64,000 nucleotides of DNA from assembly GCA_002811645.1 (NCBI GenBank), contig PDIP01000063.1:197431-261430 (forward strand), in the 5' to 3' direction. The notes under the pieces are model-generated. The model made no database searches. It had not been told where the DNA came from and was given only the letters and a program-made list of their open reading frames with translations. Shown here piece after piece: positions 19,003-31,487 of this stretch. This DNA comes from Corallochytrium limacisporum Hawaii (taxonomy: Eukaryota; Protista; Pluriformea). How positions within the stretch are numbered: position 1 is the first letter of the stretch; every line of letters begins with the position of its first letter. The position numbers and the translations under genes were made by a program.

Positions 19003-21903
19003 CTATCTGTAAATGTACGCCTTGCTCTGTGCAAATTGCTGCTTCTCAAGTTGCACTGCAAAGTTGCCAACACCGAGACTCTTGGCCAGCGCCGAGATGG
19101 AAGAAGTGATTTTTTGTTCATCCGCGTTCTCATCCACCATCAGCTTCAGCGTACCGACTTGCATATCCTCCGAGTGCTGCCAGAGATGGCCATCCTCGAC
19201 GCTCATAACGCCAGGCGTGCGGAGCGCCTCCTGCGTCAGAGACTGCAAGGCACTGCGCAAGTTGGAATCCGGTTGATGAGTCAAATGTCCGTACGCACCA
19301 CCCAGGAGCGGCAGCACGGATGAAAAGATCAGCGCAGCAATGAACATCGAACAAATCGGATCGGCCGCAAGCCAGCCGAAGTTTTCGATCAACAGCGTGG
19401 AGATGATGACGCCGACAGAACCGAGAGCATCGGCCAGCACGTGGAGGAAAACTCCTTGCATATTTTCATTGTGACCGTCGGCGCCGAAGAGCGAAGCCAA
19501 GAATCCGCTGCTCCCTTCTTCGCCTCCATGGCCATGACCATGGCCGTGGTCGGAGCCTCCGTGGCTGTGGCCGTGGTCACCACCTCCTCCGTGAGAATGG
19601 CCATGGCTGTGACCACCGCCGCCTCCGTGGGAATGGCCGTGACCACCTCCGCCGTGACTGTGTCCGTGACCAAAGGCGAACACTCCAACCAGATTCACCA
19701 ACAGTCCAGCTACGGAGACTGCCAGCAGTTTCTCTGTACGGACGTGCTCGGGCTCGAGAACCCGAGAGATGGCCTCAGAGAAGACAAAGAATGCAACAAA
19801 ACAGAGCAGGATACCATTTGTAAAACCACTGATGGTCTCAATGCGAGCATAGCCAAAGCTGAATTGTCGACTTTTGGGCCACTTAGAGATCACAGAGGCA
19901 ATCAAACCGATCAGGATGGCTGCACAATCGAACAGCATGTGGAAGGCATCACTGATAAGTCCTAGGGAATTGGTCCAAATCCCATAAAAGAATTCGACAA
20001 ACATGAAGGCCAGGTTGAGGCTGAAAAAGAAGAAAATACTCCGGGAGTCGGGGTTCTCGAGGACGGTGCGCAGGAAGATACGCACGTGGCTTGTCATGGA
20101 TGAGCCCTGGTATCTACCAGCACCATCGCTGACTCCGAAAGAAGGCAGGGCCACGGCCAAGCCAGCTGCATTTCGTCTGGCAAGTAGAGCGAGGCCAGAG
20201 GTCGCGGTTGTGGCCAGAGCATAAACCATTAGTCCAGCAGCGCAGATAAGGCCGAAGCTTAGACCCTCCATGGCCAAATCTCTTTCATCGACACCGGCAC
20301 CGACATCGACGCTGAAGCCCAGGACAATCATGGAAGGTAAAGCTACGAGCTGAGTGAGCTGCTTTAGGCGCTGGACTTCCAGAAGGTCCTCCGCACTGGC
20401 GCCTTTCAGATCACTGCTGATCTTCACGGAGCCGTTACCCTCAAAGCCACCATCCCTGTGGCCGCCGGAATCGCGGTGGTGACCGTTGATACCTCCCGGG
20501 CCTCGGCTACGCATACCACCCCCATCAGATCTGAATGACCCGGTACCACCATAGTATTCGTCTCCATATGCAGCGGCCTTGGCAGCTCGAGCAGGTGAGT
20601 AGCCCTTGCCCGTACCGTAGAGATCCGGACCAGGGAGTGATCCATCCCTTGACTCAAAGAGAACATATGTTGGTTGCACGACGTCTCCAGAGCCTAAGAG
20701 GGTCGGCACCACTATGCTTAGGATGGCTAGCCCAAATGTTATGACCACGAAGCTCGTAGTCTCCATGCCCAAAATTGTCATTGCACGGTAGTCCTTTGAG
20801 GTCACGTCAGAAGCTGTCAGTTGGGCATAACTGAGCGCCACAAAATGCAATGACGCGGCGATACCGATGGCTAGGGTCCGTCCACGTGCTTTAGTCCAAA
20901 GGGGAGTTGCACTGGGGCCTACCGCTGGTCCACTATCCGACGCCGCTGCGGCCGCCATCTCGGCCAGCGAGCGGAGGCACTGTGACGCCAAGAGTGAGAG
21001 GACAGCGCCGAAGAGCAGACCAAGCATGGCACGGGTACTCGCGCTGAGACCCAGAGTAAGATCCAGGCCACCAAATTCTAGAAATGTGGAGTACGTAGCG
21101 GTGTTCACATTGTGATCGCCGTCGACGGCGGCCTTGTCAACTATGTCATGGACTTGGTCCCCTAAGACACCTGCCCCGTCCTGAAACTGGGCCTCTCCCA
21201 TGCCAAGAGGGACCGCATCATCGTCCAAGTCAGCACCATTGTCAGCTGCATCCCAATCCAGGTTTGCATCGTCAACAACCTGCAGCACTTTCCTTCCCAC
21301 CTGCTGCGTGATGTCACCACCGTGGTCGTGGGCGCCTTCACCTACAAAGGCTAGATTTGATAATGAAACCAGGAACATGGCCAGTAACACAGCTACCATG
21401 ATCTTCGTTACCGTTGGACCAACCCGTGATCCGCTCATAGTTGCTCCCATGCACATGGCAATGATTGTGTCTAGTCCCGCAGAAAGTATAACAGTCCGCA
21501 GCACACCGAGCGTTGTGATGGAGTTCCAGTACAGTGCGGTCTGACCCGCGATCAGCAAGCCCGTGATAACTACCAGGCCAAAGCTTCGTGTCGAACGTGC
21601 CCCTGCACCCTTAAGCATGCGATTGAGCATGGTGAACGGCTGTGTAATAGCCAGTAAGACCACAAAAGCAGTCGCGAGCATCGCGGTTGTGACAAACGTG
21701 TCCGGTAGGTCCCGGGTAAGGTTGCGACCCAGGTACACAAAGCCCACCTCTGCAAATGCAGCAATGCAGGTGACCAGCACCTTCGACGAGCTTATAATCT
21801 GTTTAACATTGGGAAGAAAAGAGTGGTTCTGTAGCTTCCTTCCGGAGCCACTACTGCCGCCGAGCAGGGGACCGTCCCTACTTAGTCCCAAAGGATCGTT
21901 CAT
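19003..21903 (-). CDS. CDF zinc transporter, ZnT5/Msc2-type with long N-terminal membrane extension
   Basis: 966 aa. NSLGLISDAFHMLFD, FSFGYARIE, His-rich (GHGHSH)n loop, NMQGVFLHVLADALGSVGVIIS, ADPICS, plus many extra N-terminal TM segments. Confidence 0.93.
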   Translation of the reverse strand: MNDPLGLSRDGPLLGGSSGSGRKLQNHSFLPNVKQIISSSKVLVTCIAAFAEVGFVYLGRNLTRDLPDTFVTTAMLATAFVVLLAITQPFTMLNRMLKGAGARSTRSFGLVVITGLLIAGQTALYWNSITTLGVLRTVILSAGLDTIIAMCMGATMSGSRVGPTVTKIMVAVLLAMFLVSLSNLAFVGEGAHDHGGDITQQVGRKVLQVVDDANLDWDAADNGADLDDDAVPLGMGEAQFQDGAGVLGDQVHDIVDKAAVDGDHNVNTATYSTFLEFGGLDLTLGLSASTRAMLGLLFGAVLSLLASQCLRSLAEMAAAAASDSGPAVGPSATPLWTKARGRTLAIGIAASLHFVALSYAQLTASDVTSKDYRAMTILGMETTSFVVITFGLAILSIVVPTLLGSGDVVQPTYVLFESRDGSLPGPDLYGTGKGYSPARAAKAAAYGDEYYGGTGSFRSDGGGMRSRGPGGINGHHRDSGGHRDGGFEGNGSVKISSDLKGASAEDLLEVQRLKQLTQLVALPSMIVLGFSVDVGAGVDERDLAMEGLSFGLICAAGLMVYALATTATSGLALLARRNAAGLAVALPSFGVSDGAGRYQGSSMTSHVRIFLRTVLENPDSRSIFFFFSLNLAFMFVEFFYGIWTNSLGLISDAFHMLFDCAAILIGLIASVISKWPKSRQFSFGYARIETISGFTNGILLCFVAFFVFSEAISRVLEPEHVRTEKLLAVSVAGLLVNLVGVFAFGHGHSHGGGGHGHSHGGGGGHSHGHSHGGGGDHGHSHGGSDHGHGHGHGGEEGSSGFLASLFGADGHNENMQGVFLHVLADALGSVGVIISTLLIENFGWLAADPICSMFIAALIFSSVLPLLGGAYGHLTHQPDSNLRSALQSLTQEALRTPGVMSVEDGHLWQHSEDMQVGTLKLMVDENADEQKITSSISALAKSLGVGNFAVQLEKQQFAQSKAYIYR

Positions 21904-22423
21904 TGCAACTGACTTCCTGCTGTCTCTCCAACAGCAGAGACGTTTTCTTATACACAGCTAATTGGTTTCTATCCGATTCGCAAATGTGTACATCACCCGC
22001 GCACAGTCATGGTTGCTAGCAGCTGGAGAATCTGTTAGCACTCTCTGCAAATGTGCGCATACTACTCCGCAACAGTACAATCGATCACACTCGTCCATGT
22101 ATATACTATTCCCATACATACGCCACTTGGATCATATACCCGAGCAGCAACCATCCAAAGAGTCAGTAGGTAACCGGGTACTGTTGCATATGGCGTGAAC
22201 AACTCTGTCCCGCCGTCAAAAATGTCAGCCATAGATTTCCGATTCTGCTGACCCGCGCGGGGCACTTGTTATGGTCGGGCGCCCCCGTCCCCCGGGGGAG
22301 GGGTTGTGTTTGGAGGGAGAGATGGTGCAAAAGCCACAACAACCAGGGGCTAAAGGGGACGAAGGGGGAGAAATTCAGTGCTGTGCCCGTCCCCAGGGCT
22401 GCCCCCCTGCTTTGTCCCCCCCC

Positions 22424-22636
22424 NNNNNNNNNNNNNNNNNNNNNNNNNNNNNNNNNNNNNNNNNNNNNNNNNNNNNNNNNNNNNNNNNNNNNNNNNNNNN
22501 NNNNNNNNNNNNNNNNNNNNNNNNNNNNNNNNNNNNNNNNNNNNNNNNNNNNNNNNNNNNNNNNNNNNNNNNNNNNNNNNNNNNNNNNNNNNNNNNNNNN
22601 NNNNNNNNNNNNNNNNNNNNNNNNNNNNNNNNNNNN
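22424..22636. other. Assembly gap
   Basis: N-run flanked by poly-C. Confidence 0.99.
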
Positions 22637-22967
22637 CCCCCCCCTGCTGCCCCTGGGCGCAGGGAGATCATCCTTGAACCTTACCCCACCTGGGGGGCTG
22701 TTCCCCCAGGGGGGGGGCCCCCTTTCCGTTGCCCACGCCTGGGGGCTCCTGAGGTGAAAAAGCCGAATGAAACCGTTTCCCCATTTACAAAATTCGGGGG
22801 CCTATTTTATATACAGTCTTTTTCTCCTATTCTTTTTTACGGGCATCGGTTCCCCTTGCGTCCTGGGACCCCGGGGGGGGTTGGGTTTGTAGCTTGGGGA
22901 CTCCCCGCTTGGCTCTTTTCTTATTGGGCTCCCCTCCGCCCCGAGCTGGGTACCGGTGGTACTGAGT

Positions 22968-22990
22968 TTTGGCGGGAAGACTGGCGCGAA
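22968..22990. promoter_or_regulatory. Two E2F-like sites upstream of the BIR gene
   Basis: TTTGGCGGGAA (22968-22978) and GGCGCGAA (22983-22990); a CHR-like TTTGAA is at 23243-23248. Confidence 0.4.
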
Positions 22991-23330
22991 GCCCTCGAAA
23001 AAACAGGACACGGGGACCGGTGGCTGAGAGACTCGGGGACGGTAGGCAAGGGGCAGGTTAGGCTCTGGGAACCGAAGTTGCCCTGCGGGTCTCATATTGC
23101 CTATTCCTTTGTTTCTTTCAGCTCCCTGATGAAGCTGGTTTGGTATTTGATAGGATAAACACAGCTTGGAAAGCAAGCAGGCCCAAAGCGAAGCTATGGT
23201 GTATGGAAGAACACGGGAAGAGCAAGGTACGAAAGCGACATATTTGAATAGCAAACCACGACATGGGTCATAGAATCGAGCCAGTCTGGATTATTTTGTT
23301 AGCATAGATCACAAGCATACAGCAAACGTA

Positions 23331-24731
23331 ATGCCAGCGCGGACGACCACCAGAAAAAAGCCAAACTACGCGTTTGAAGACGTCCGTTTTGAAACCTTTG
23401 GTAATTCATGGAAGTTCGGAACGGAGTCCACCGTCTCCGCCGAGAGGCTAGCAGCCGCGGGCTGGTACCGCATCAATGCCGATTCTCAGGATGACGAGGC
23501 CGTGTGTTTTGCCAGCGGAAAGAGCCTGTGGGGCTGGGAAGAGAACGACGATCCCTTCGAAGAGCACGGAAACCACTGTAAGAAAGTTTACTGCCGCTGG
23601 GGCTTCCTGCAGGAGACGGATGCCCGGCTGTCAACCTTCAAGGACACCAAATGGCCTCACACGCTCCGCTCTGCTCATGAGCACCACCCGAAGCACCTAT
23701 CCGCGGCTGGCTTCTACAGTTTTCCTACTTCGGCGCAACCCGATCGCATCCGCTGCCATTATTGTGGCCTGCAAACTTCGGGCCTCGGCAAGGGAGGCCA
23801 GCACGAGGGAGTCGATGCCTGGACTCTGCACCTGCAGGGCCTGATTGAATGCGTCAAGGAGCTGAAGCAGCAGGAAATGGAAGAAAAGGCCAAGCAACAG
23901 AAGGGCAAAAAGAAACCCAAGCGAGGACAGCAAGCGGACACTAGCGCCATGGATACTGAGGTGACATGGTCGGATGTGCAGTCTATGTGCAAGCACGTTG
24001 CCGACAAAGCGGAGGAGGCTCTGGGTTCGGACGTTCTTAAGCTCATGTTCCGCACCGACAGTGAGGACTTGTCGGAACCGGCAGCAGAGACAGAGCCTGA
24101 AAAGTTTGCCTACGAGGAACCGGAGACCACGGACGTGACAGAGGAGGCAGCGGCGAAGAAGCCGGCCGAGCACGCGGAGTCGACGAAGGAAGAGAAGCCC
24201 AAGGCAAAGACTGTGGCAAAGAAACGAACGGCGCCCGCAGCCAAAAAGACCGTTGCGAAGGGTACGAAGAAAGGTGGCCGTGGTGGCAGTAGTGCTGTTG
24301 CTGCTGCGGCAAAGAACAAGAAGAAATCGTCAGCAGTTGATCAGGAAGGCGAGGAACCGCGTCCCGAGAGACAGGAGGACGAAGACAAGAACAAGGAACA
24401 TGCCGTCGAAGAGCAGAAGAAGCAGGATACATTGGCACTGGTGCCAAAGCCTGAACAGAAACAGACGGTGACCGCGATAACCACAGGAGAGGGAGCTAAG
24501 ACTCTGGAACACTCGTCGGAAGCAGTCACGGAGGTTGAGGAGGCGGAAGAAGACGATGCAACGCCACGCGATGACTACCCCTCCGGTACCGTGGAGGCTG
24601 TCCTACGGGCAGCGTTCGAGAACCGGTTGGAGGCCATCGAACGGTACTTTGCGGAGCAGCGCGAGGACTTCTTACAGCGAGCCAATGAAGCCGCTGCCCA
24701 GCTACCCAGTGCAAACAGCGTCGGGCCCTGA
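23331..24731 (+). CDS. Two-BIR survivin/Bir1-type chromosomal passenger protein
   Basis: BIR1 RFETF..W..LAAAGWY..D..VCFAS..LWGWEENDDPFEEH..C. BIR2 RLSTF..WPH..LSAAGFY..DRIRCHYC..H-x6-C. Disordered middle, then a C-terminal helix TVEAVLRAAFENRLEAIERYFAEQREDFLQRANEA resembling the fission-yeast Bir1 C-terminus. Confidence 0.88.
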   Translation: MPARTTTRKKPNYAFEDVRFETFGNSWKFGTESTVSAERLAAAGWYRINADSQDDEAVCFASGKSLWGWEENDDPFEEHGNHCKKVYCRWGFLQETDARLSTFKDTKWPHTLRSAHEHHPKHLSAAGFYSFPTSAQPDRIRCHYCGLQTSGLGKGGQHEGVDAWTLHLQGLIECVKELKQQEMEEKAKQQKGKKKPKRGQQADTSAMDTEVTWSDVQSMCKHVADKAEEALGSDVLKLMFRTDSEDLSEPAAETEPEKFAYEEPETTDVTEEAAAKKPAEHAESTKEEKPKAKTVAKKRTAPAAKKTVAKGTKKGGRGGSSAVAAAAKNKKKSSAVDQEGEEPRPERQEDEDKNKEHAVEEQKKQDTLALVPKPEQKQTVTAITTGEGAKTLEHSSEAVTEVEEAEEDDATPRDDYPSGTVEAVLRAAFENRLEAIERYFAEQREDFLQRANEAAAQLPSANSVGP

Positions 24732-24988
24732 AGGACCAAATCCTCCAAAATCACACAAGTCTCAACTTGCACATTCACTACAGCCACTAAGAAATCACAC
24801 AAGGCACTCACACACACACACAGAGTGTTACATAAACGTACACGTATATGCTTGGGGAGTGAAAAAAATGTTTAATGTTATACAAGAATATGAGGTCAGA
24901 AAATGATAAAAAATGAATGATTAGGTTCTCACAGAAAAGCGATGTAACTTGATCTTTCCGGCAGGGTGTCCAAGCAAGCCATGTCAGT

Positions 24989-26029
24989 TCACTTGCTGCT
25001 GTTACTGCTCCTGTTCTTGGATGACCCCTTGGCCTTACCAACCTTCTTCAGGAGCCCTTTGAGCAACGAACTCTTCCGTTTTACGAAACCGCTGTCGGCA
25101 GACTGCCGCGTATTGTCCTTGGTTTCGTTGCTCTGCTGTCGCTGCCGCTGGATCTCCTGTGCGAGCCGCTTTCCACTTACAGCACCAAGAGTGGCACCAT
25201 GAGTATTTTCTTCCTGTTCTTCGGACAGCGGTGTCTCGCTCTCGTCCTCCTCTTCCAAACTGTCCACGGAAATGTGGCGCCCGCCCTGGGTACTGCCACG
25301 CTCGGTCTGGGAGCGGCTGACCGGGACTCCCCCGCGGCGCTGCGGCGACGGCTTTTCAAAGAGAATCTGCGGCATGGATCCAGCTGTGGCGCTGCCCCGC
25401 CCGCTCTCTGATCGTGTCCGTGGTCTGAGACGACCACCCGAGCTGCGCTTCTCGCTCTGCTCCCGGTAGTCCTCGGTAGTCATGCGGTACTTGGGCAGAG
25501 TATACTCCGCGTATTCCGGGACGTTGAGGGCCATGTCCTGAAAGAGTGACTGAATGATGTTCTCACCGCTGCACCCGAATGCACTGTCCCACCACTGTTC
25601 GTATAGATTTGCCAACCGCCGGAAGTGTTGCGGGTTGGCCTCCACTCCGTTGGCGCGCAGCTCACCGATCACATTCTCCCAGGTGCCGGGTTCCTGGCTC
25701 CGACTGCCTACAGGGATGGTAAGTCTCGTTTTGATAACAAGTAGACGGCTGAGGTCGAGCAGAATTTGTACGTGGCACTTTGCCCGGAAGAGATCCCTTT
25801 CCTTCCGCACTTCGGCCAGTTCCTGCTGGCGCTGAGAGGCGGGACTGTCATTGCTCCGTGAGTTTTCCTTTTTACCAGACTGCCGTGCCCGATCCCGGCT
25901 GGCGTCCAACTTGGACCGTCTCACCTCGACCTCCAGAGCAGACCGAGGAGACCTTTGGGGTGATCTGGCACCAGCGTACGTGTTCGCCACGAGTGCGGGC
26001 GACTGACGAGTCTGCACTGCAGCACTCAT
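24989..26029 (-). CDS. Hypothetical protein (coiled coil plus small helical domain, S/R-rich tails)
   Basis: 346-aa ORF with AAAC-ATG start and coding-like composition; converges on the BIR gene. No family recognised. Confidence 0.75.
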   Translation of the reverse strand: MSAAVQTRQSPALVANTYAGARSPQRSPRSALEVEVRRSKLDASRDRARQSGKKENSRSNDSPASQRQQELAEVRKERDLFRAKCHVQILLDLSRLLVIKTRLTIPVGSRSQEPGTWENVIGELRANGVEANPQHFRRLANLYEQWWDSAFGCSGENIIQSLFQDMALNVPEYAEYTLPKYRMTTEDYREQSEKRSSGGRLRPRTRSESGRGSATAGSMPQILFEKPSPQRRGGVPVSRSQTERGSTQGGRHISVDSLEEEDESETPLSEEQEENTHGATLGAVSGKRLAQEIQRQRQQSNETKDNTRQSADSGFVKRKSSLLKGLLKKVGKAKGSSKNRSSNSSK

Positions 26030-27587
26030 GTTTGGAGTTTCTTATTTGTTCTGTTCTTGTTGAGCGAAAATTTCGACCGGTACAATCTCCCGATTCTTTC
26101 ACCAAGGACTCCTAACTGATCTCAAAGCAACGGTTCCCAAGTTAAACTCTTCGTGCACTGATATGTTCGCTATTGTTACAATGATCTACGTCCGTGCTCC
26201 CTTGAAGGTTTCCGATACAACGGGTCGTCTGATGTACCTGCTTGCTCGCCATTCGGATGGCAGGTCGTCGTCCATCCGCCCCACCATGGATCGTGCTGCT
26301 GCTGCCCATGTAACCCCAATAGCAACGTTTCCAGAATGTTTTAACCTTTCTCTTTGGTCTCTCACTTGTGCTTTCCTTAATGTTTCCACTTTGGCCTTTG
26401 GTCCCATCCGCGACACGTATCGGGTGGTCCTAAGGCTTTCTCTGTGTGTGTGTCTGTGTGTGTCTCGCTTCCCCCCTTTCCCCCCTTTTCGCCTTTCCTC
26501 CTCCACACTTTTTCTTTTTCTATTTTGCCCACCTGTCTCCTCCCCTCCCCTTCTCTCTGCTCACCTGCCCAAATGGCTCGCTTATCAACTGCCTTCACGT
26601 CCCTAACCTTTTCTCTTTTTCCTTTATTTTTTTTAGTCTTTTGTATTCTTCCCCCTTCCCTTCCCTTCCCGCTCCCCCCATCTCTCTTCTCCTCCCTCTC
26701 CCCTTTTTATTAACTTTGGGAAGAGGATACCGATGGGACATGATACAAAGGAAGTAAGGCACGAACACACACACACACCCACACACACGCCAACAAACCA
26801 AATTTTGGTACTCAATCGCTTCATCATCACCATCCATCATCCATCATCCATCATCTATCATCCATCTCTCCCGATGCCACCCCCCCCCTCCCCTCGTCGT
26901 GGCATCTTTCGTGTCCTTTTCCCTTGGGGAGCGTGCTGGCTCTGCCTTTGCTCTGTGTGTGTGTGTGTGTGTGTGTGTTCTTTGCGTTCTCTCACCGCCC
27001 ATCATTTGGTTTTTCCTATTTTTTTTGCCCATATAAATAACCAATTTCCCCCCTTTTTTTAACTTACGTTGGTATTTTTTTCTTTCTTTTGTGGTTGCCC
27101 GAGTCCGTGTTCTTTCCTTTTTTTTTTTCGAGAAGAACACCGAAGACTGGCTGGCTGGCTCCCCCCGAAAGGGGGTAAAGGAGGGGGGGGGACACACAGA
27201 GTAGAGTCCAATAGAAAAGAAGTGAGAGAGAGACACAACGATTGAAAGCAAGACAGAGGTAGGTAGGTAGTGAGTAAATAGTAATAAAAAACCAGGACTG
27301 TAATCATCCTTTTTGATTTAATACCTTTAACTCCGTATGGTGAAGCAGTTATTTCATTTTAGTTCCTCCGTGAACGCAAAGAAGGAGGAGGAGGGGAGAA
27401 CGTTGTGGTCTCTCTCTCTCTCTCTCTCTCTCTCTTGGGCTTTGAGTCAATGGAGCAAGGGCCTCGTTTCATTTTCATTTTTTTATTTTGGGGTTGAGAG
27501 AAAGACTGACTGACCGAACACACGCACCGGGCACTCCGCTCTCCCCCCCCCCCCCACTCCCACCCATTTTTTATTGCCGTAAATGTT

Positions 27588-27651
27588 NNNNNNNNNNNNN
27601 NNNNNNNNNNNNNNNNNNNNNNNNNNNNNNNNNNNNNNNNNNNNNNNNNNN
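27588..27651. other. Assembly gap with duplicated flanks
   Basis: CCATTTTTTATTGCCGTAAATGTT occurs on both sides of the N-run. Confidence 0.95.
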
Positions 27652-27900
27652 NCCCCCCCCCCAATCCCATCCATTTTTTATTGCCGTAAATGTTCATAGC
27701 GCGCAGACTTGAGAAGAAATGCGTTCCCACATTCACTACCACACTGCCTTTTTAATACAGAAAATGGGGAAGAGAGAGGAGGAGAAATGGGGAAGAGACC
27801 GGAGTGATTTTGCTTACCTTTTTATTCTGTTCTTTTCCCAGCTTTTCATATATTTCATTGGTCGATGATTTTGGTGCCTCTGCGTGTGCGTACGCGTGTG

Positions 27901-27988
27901 CGTGTGTGCGTGTGTGCGTGTGTGCGTGTGTGCGTGTGTGCGTGTGTGCGTGTGTGCGTGTGTGCGTGTGTGCGTGTGTGCGTGTGTG
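27901..27988. repeat. (CGTGTGTG)x11 octamer tandem repeat
   Basis: Perfect 8-bp unit of strictly alternating purine-pyrimidine, which is Z-DNA prone. Confidence 0.95.
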
Positions 27989-30024
27989 TGTGTGGGAAGG
28001 GGGGGCAAGATAAAGGAAACAGAGGCTCTCGCTCTCTACGTGTCTCTCTGTGTCACTCCGCTAACTCTCTCCACACACACACACAGCGCGCCAAAGGGAA
28101 AGTTTTGGTTTTCTTCTTCTTAATTTTTTTTATTTGTTGGCGGAGAATTTTCCCGAACAAGTCAATCAGTCCATGGCCATGTAAAGTACCAAAAGCTAAG
28201 AGCGTGTGTAAAAAAGTGTGGTGTTTTTATTGTTGCGTGATGATTAAGAAAGGGGGGGCGGGAGGGGCCGGGTCTTTTGCGGGTCTCCCAGGGTCCTGCT
28301 TTTTAGTCATTTTTTTGAATGCCTGTTTTCCTTGGTCCTGCTTAGGTTTTCTTTTGGGGGGGGTCGGTCTGTGCTTTGGGTCTTGGGTCCTTTTTCCCTG
28401 ATAGTTTCTCTTCTCCCCTGGTGAGGGGGGGGGTTTTTTGTGGTAGGTAGATAGGTGCGGGGAGGTCCAAATGGAGTCAAGTCAACGTGTTCGGTCGGCC
28501 CAATCTTTTCGTTTTTTTAGCCTCGGTGGTAACCCAAAATAGAGAGCCGAAAGGAAAAGTGGGGAGCCAGGGAGTTTGGAGAGGGACCTGCAAGCAGGGC
28601 AAGAGCCAGCGAGCGAGAAAAGCAAAAAGAAATATTAACAACAAGAACCAGAAAATGAGATATATGGCAGTGGTACAGAACAACAAAGAAAGGCAAAAAA
28701 TAGGAGATGAATGTATCAAAAGCGGAATGAACCGGACGAAAAAGGGAGGGCCGTGACCTCTTCCTTCCCCCCCCCCCCCCCGGGGGGCGGAGCGGGCCCC
28801 ACCACAGACACACACCCCGCGCACGCAAGACTGAAACGCCTCGCTCTCTCTCTCTGTGTCTCTCTCTGCCCGGCACATCTCCAGTACATAATATATGGGC
28901 ACTTTGCAGACGGACACGCACGTCAGGGGACATGCGTACGGCTGGCCCTTGGCCCGTGTCGCTTTCCCTCTTGCCCTTTTCGAATTCTCTCTTTCCCCGT
29001 CTGCCCTGGCTCTCCTGGCGCCCCCTCACCCCCCCTCCCTCCTGAAAAAATTCCTTGTTCTTTCTTTTTTTTTCTTTTGCTTAGGGCTCGGTGTGTTCTC
29101 TACTGTCTGTGCGTACCTAACCTATGCTCAACCATGATTTTGTCATCTACCTTTTTTCTATTCTTTCAGGTCCGTGTTCCTACTGAGCACGTCAGTTGGA
29201 GAGCTGTACCGTACTTTCACTATGCATCTAGAAAACTTAGAAAAAATCATTAGAACCGCAAGGACACTGGAGAGAAAAAGGAAAGAGAAGAGAGAGAGAG
29301 AGAGAGAGCGACAGAGGAAGGAGTGTAGAGAAAGTGGGGTGGGGATGCAAGCGCCAGTTTTCTCTCTCTCTCTTTTTTTTTATAATCTTCTTCTTCTTCT
29401 TCTTTTATTTCCTTCTTTGGGCCACGACGTTTTATGTTTTTTCTTCTTCTTCTACTGCTTCCTTTTTTTTTCCTTTCTTTTTCTTTGCCGTTTGGTTAAT
29501 TTCCCTTGGCCCCTTCGTCCCTCCCGCTTTCCCTTTCCTTTATTAACCGATAGAGTCCGTCAACACTCACGTCTGTTTTTCACCGATAATCATCAGTTTT
29601 GTCTCTCTCTCTCTCCTTTACTCTCTCTTGCTCTGCCTACGGTACTTGGGTGGTCGAGTTGGATCCCCTTCTTTTTTCTGATGTTCTCATCTGTTTTTGT
29701 GTTGTGTGCAATTATTCCGGCTCAACCACTACCAAACCCACGGCACCTAACAACTCGTCTGCGCGGCGGTGTGTCACGAGAGGCAACGCGCCCACGCACA
29801 AAACACACACACACACACACACACTCTCTCTCTCTATCTCTCTATCTCTCTCAGCCCGCGCAACTGACCCATCTCTCTCTCTCTCTCTCAGAGTGTTCGC
29901 TGGTGAATAAGGCCGGAAAGGAGACAGCCAAGAGAGCGCCGCCGTCACTCGGACACCACCACGCGACCGGCGCACACGCTCTCCAAAAGGGACTATACTT
30001 ATTTTTCTTTCTCTACACAAGAAG

Positions 30025-30060
<36 letters not shown>

Positions 30061-30578
30061 AGGCTAAGGACGGATAGAGAATTCGGACACGACGCACTTT
30101 GAGCCAGTTCGCACCGGGGACCCGGACCACCCAGCTGGCCTGCCACATGCACACGGACTGATAGCGGGAGAATGGTGGCATTGGGAAGGGGGGGTGAGGT
30201 GTAGTAATAATGGACAAAGGACAATTTAGAAAATGAAACAAAAAAATGAAAGGTAGCAAAAAAGAACGACGTTTTATATCCCCCCTTTCTATCCAATTTT
30301 TATTTACTTCTCTCTCTCTCTCTCTGTTCTTGGGGTATCTCAGTACTGGCACTATGGACGGGAGGAAAAGGCGAGAGTGCGAGGAACTCAAAATTCGGGG
30401 ATAAGGAAGAAAACGAATAAAAAGCACAATAAACAAAGCAAGGCCCCGGGGCAAGGACGGGAGGTCGAAAATTTGAAACTTCTTTTTGCCACGCTCTTCG
30501 TAGAGAACATTTGATACTTTCATTATAGAGAATGCTACACAGCGAACAGCAGCAAGCAAGGGAAGGGGGGTGTGTGTG

Positions 30579-30619
<41 letters not shown>

Positions 30620-31432
30620 GTCGACGTTTGTGGGAGGAGGGGCTCGTCTGTGTAACCCGTCCATGAAAAATTGCATAGGTTTTTCGTAGCAAATGTGCGC
30701 GTTCCCCTTTCCTCCCCCTCTTCCGAGCCCAGAGATGATTTTAAAAAAAAAACAAAAGAAAAAGAAAATAGCGAGAAAGGCACCGCGTGGCCTCTGAACT
30801 CTCTTCGGTTTCTCGCTCACGGGGTCCCCCCCCTCCGCCTTTCTTCAATTAATCTTAAGCGGCCGTGGTTCAGACGCTGTGAGCTCCGCAGTCGTCCTTG
30901 TGTGTGTCTCTCTGTGCGTGTGCGCGCGTGCGTGCGTGCGTGTGTGTGTGTGTGTCGGGTACGTGGTTGTAGTGTCGTCTTGCGGGAGTGTTTTGCCTCT
31001 TCAAAATCTCCCAACCAAACAGTCCCGGAATGTTTGCTTCCGGTGTGTGTGTGTGTGTGACGTTGAGGGAGGTTTGGTGTGTTTCATCGTTTAAGCGAGA
31101 TCGGGACCGTTAATCGGCACATGGATGGCAGTTCACCATGTCCAACAAAAACATTGACTTGACCCTTTGGCTTGGAGAGAGAGAGAGAGGACCGGCCGCA
31201 CTGAAAACCGAACGAATTGCAACGGGGTAAGCACGCCAAAAAACGCACGCAGTAAAACGAAAAATGAAACCAACTGACATCCCTCTGGCTCTCGAAAAGA
31301 ACTAAAAAAGCCACATTGCACAGCAGCCGTAGCAAGCATCACGTTCTAACCACACCAGGGGAGGGGACGCAACCATACGAAACGGAGATCGGCTGCCTTT
31401 TTGGCAGCATCTTCCGTGTCCGGTACGCAAAT

Positions 31433-31487
<55 letters not shown>

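Noticed and set aside
27563-27694. 24-bp direct repeat flanking an N-gap (possible target-site duplication)
   Set aside because: Most simply explained by overlapping contig ends next to a poly-C run.
29174-30820. Long ORFs (297, 273, 194 aa) in the microsatellite block
   Set aside because: They translate simple repeats (ERER, SLSL, FFFF); lack of stops is compositional.
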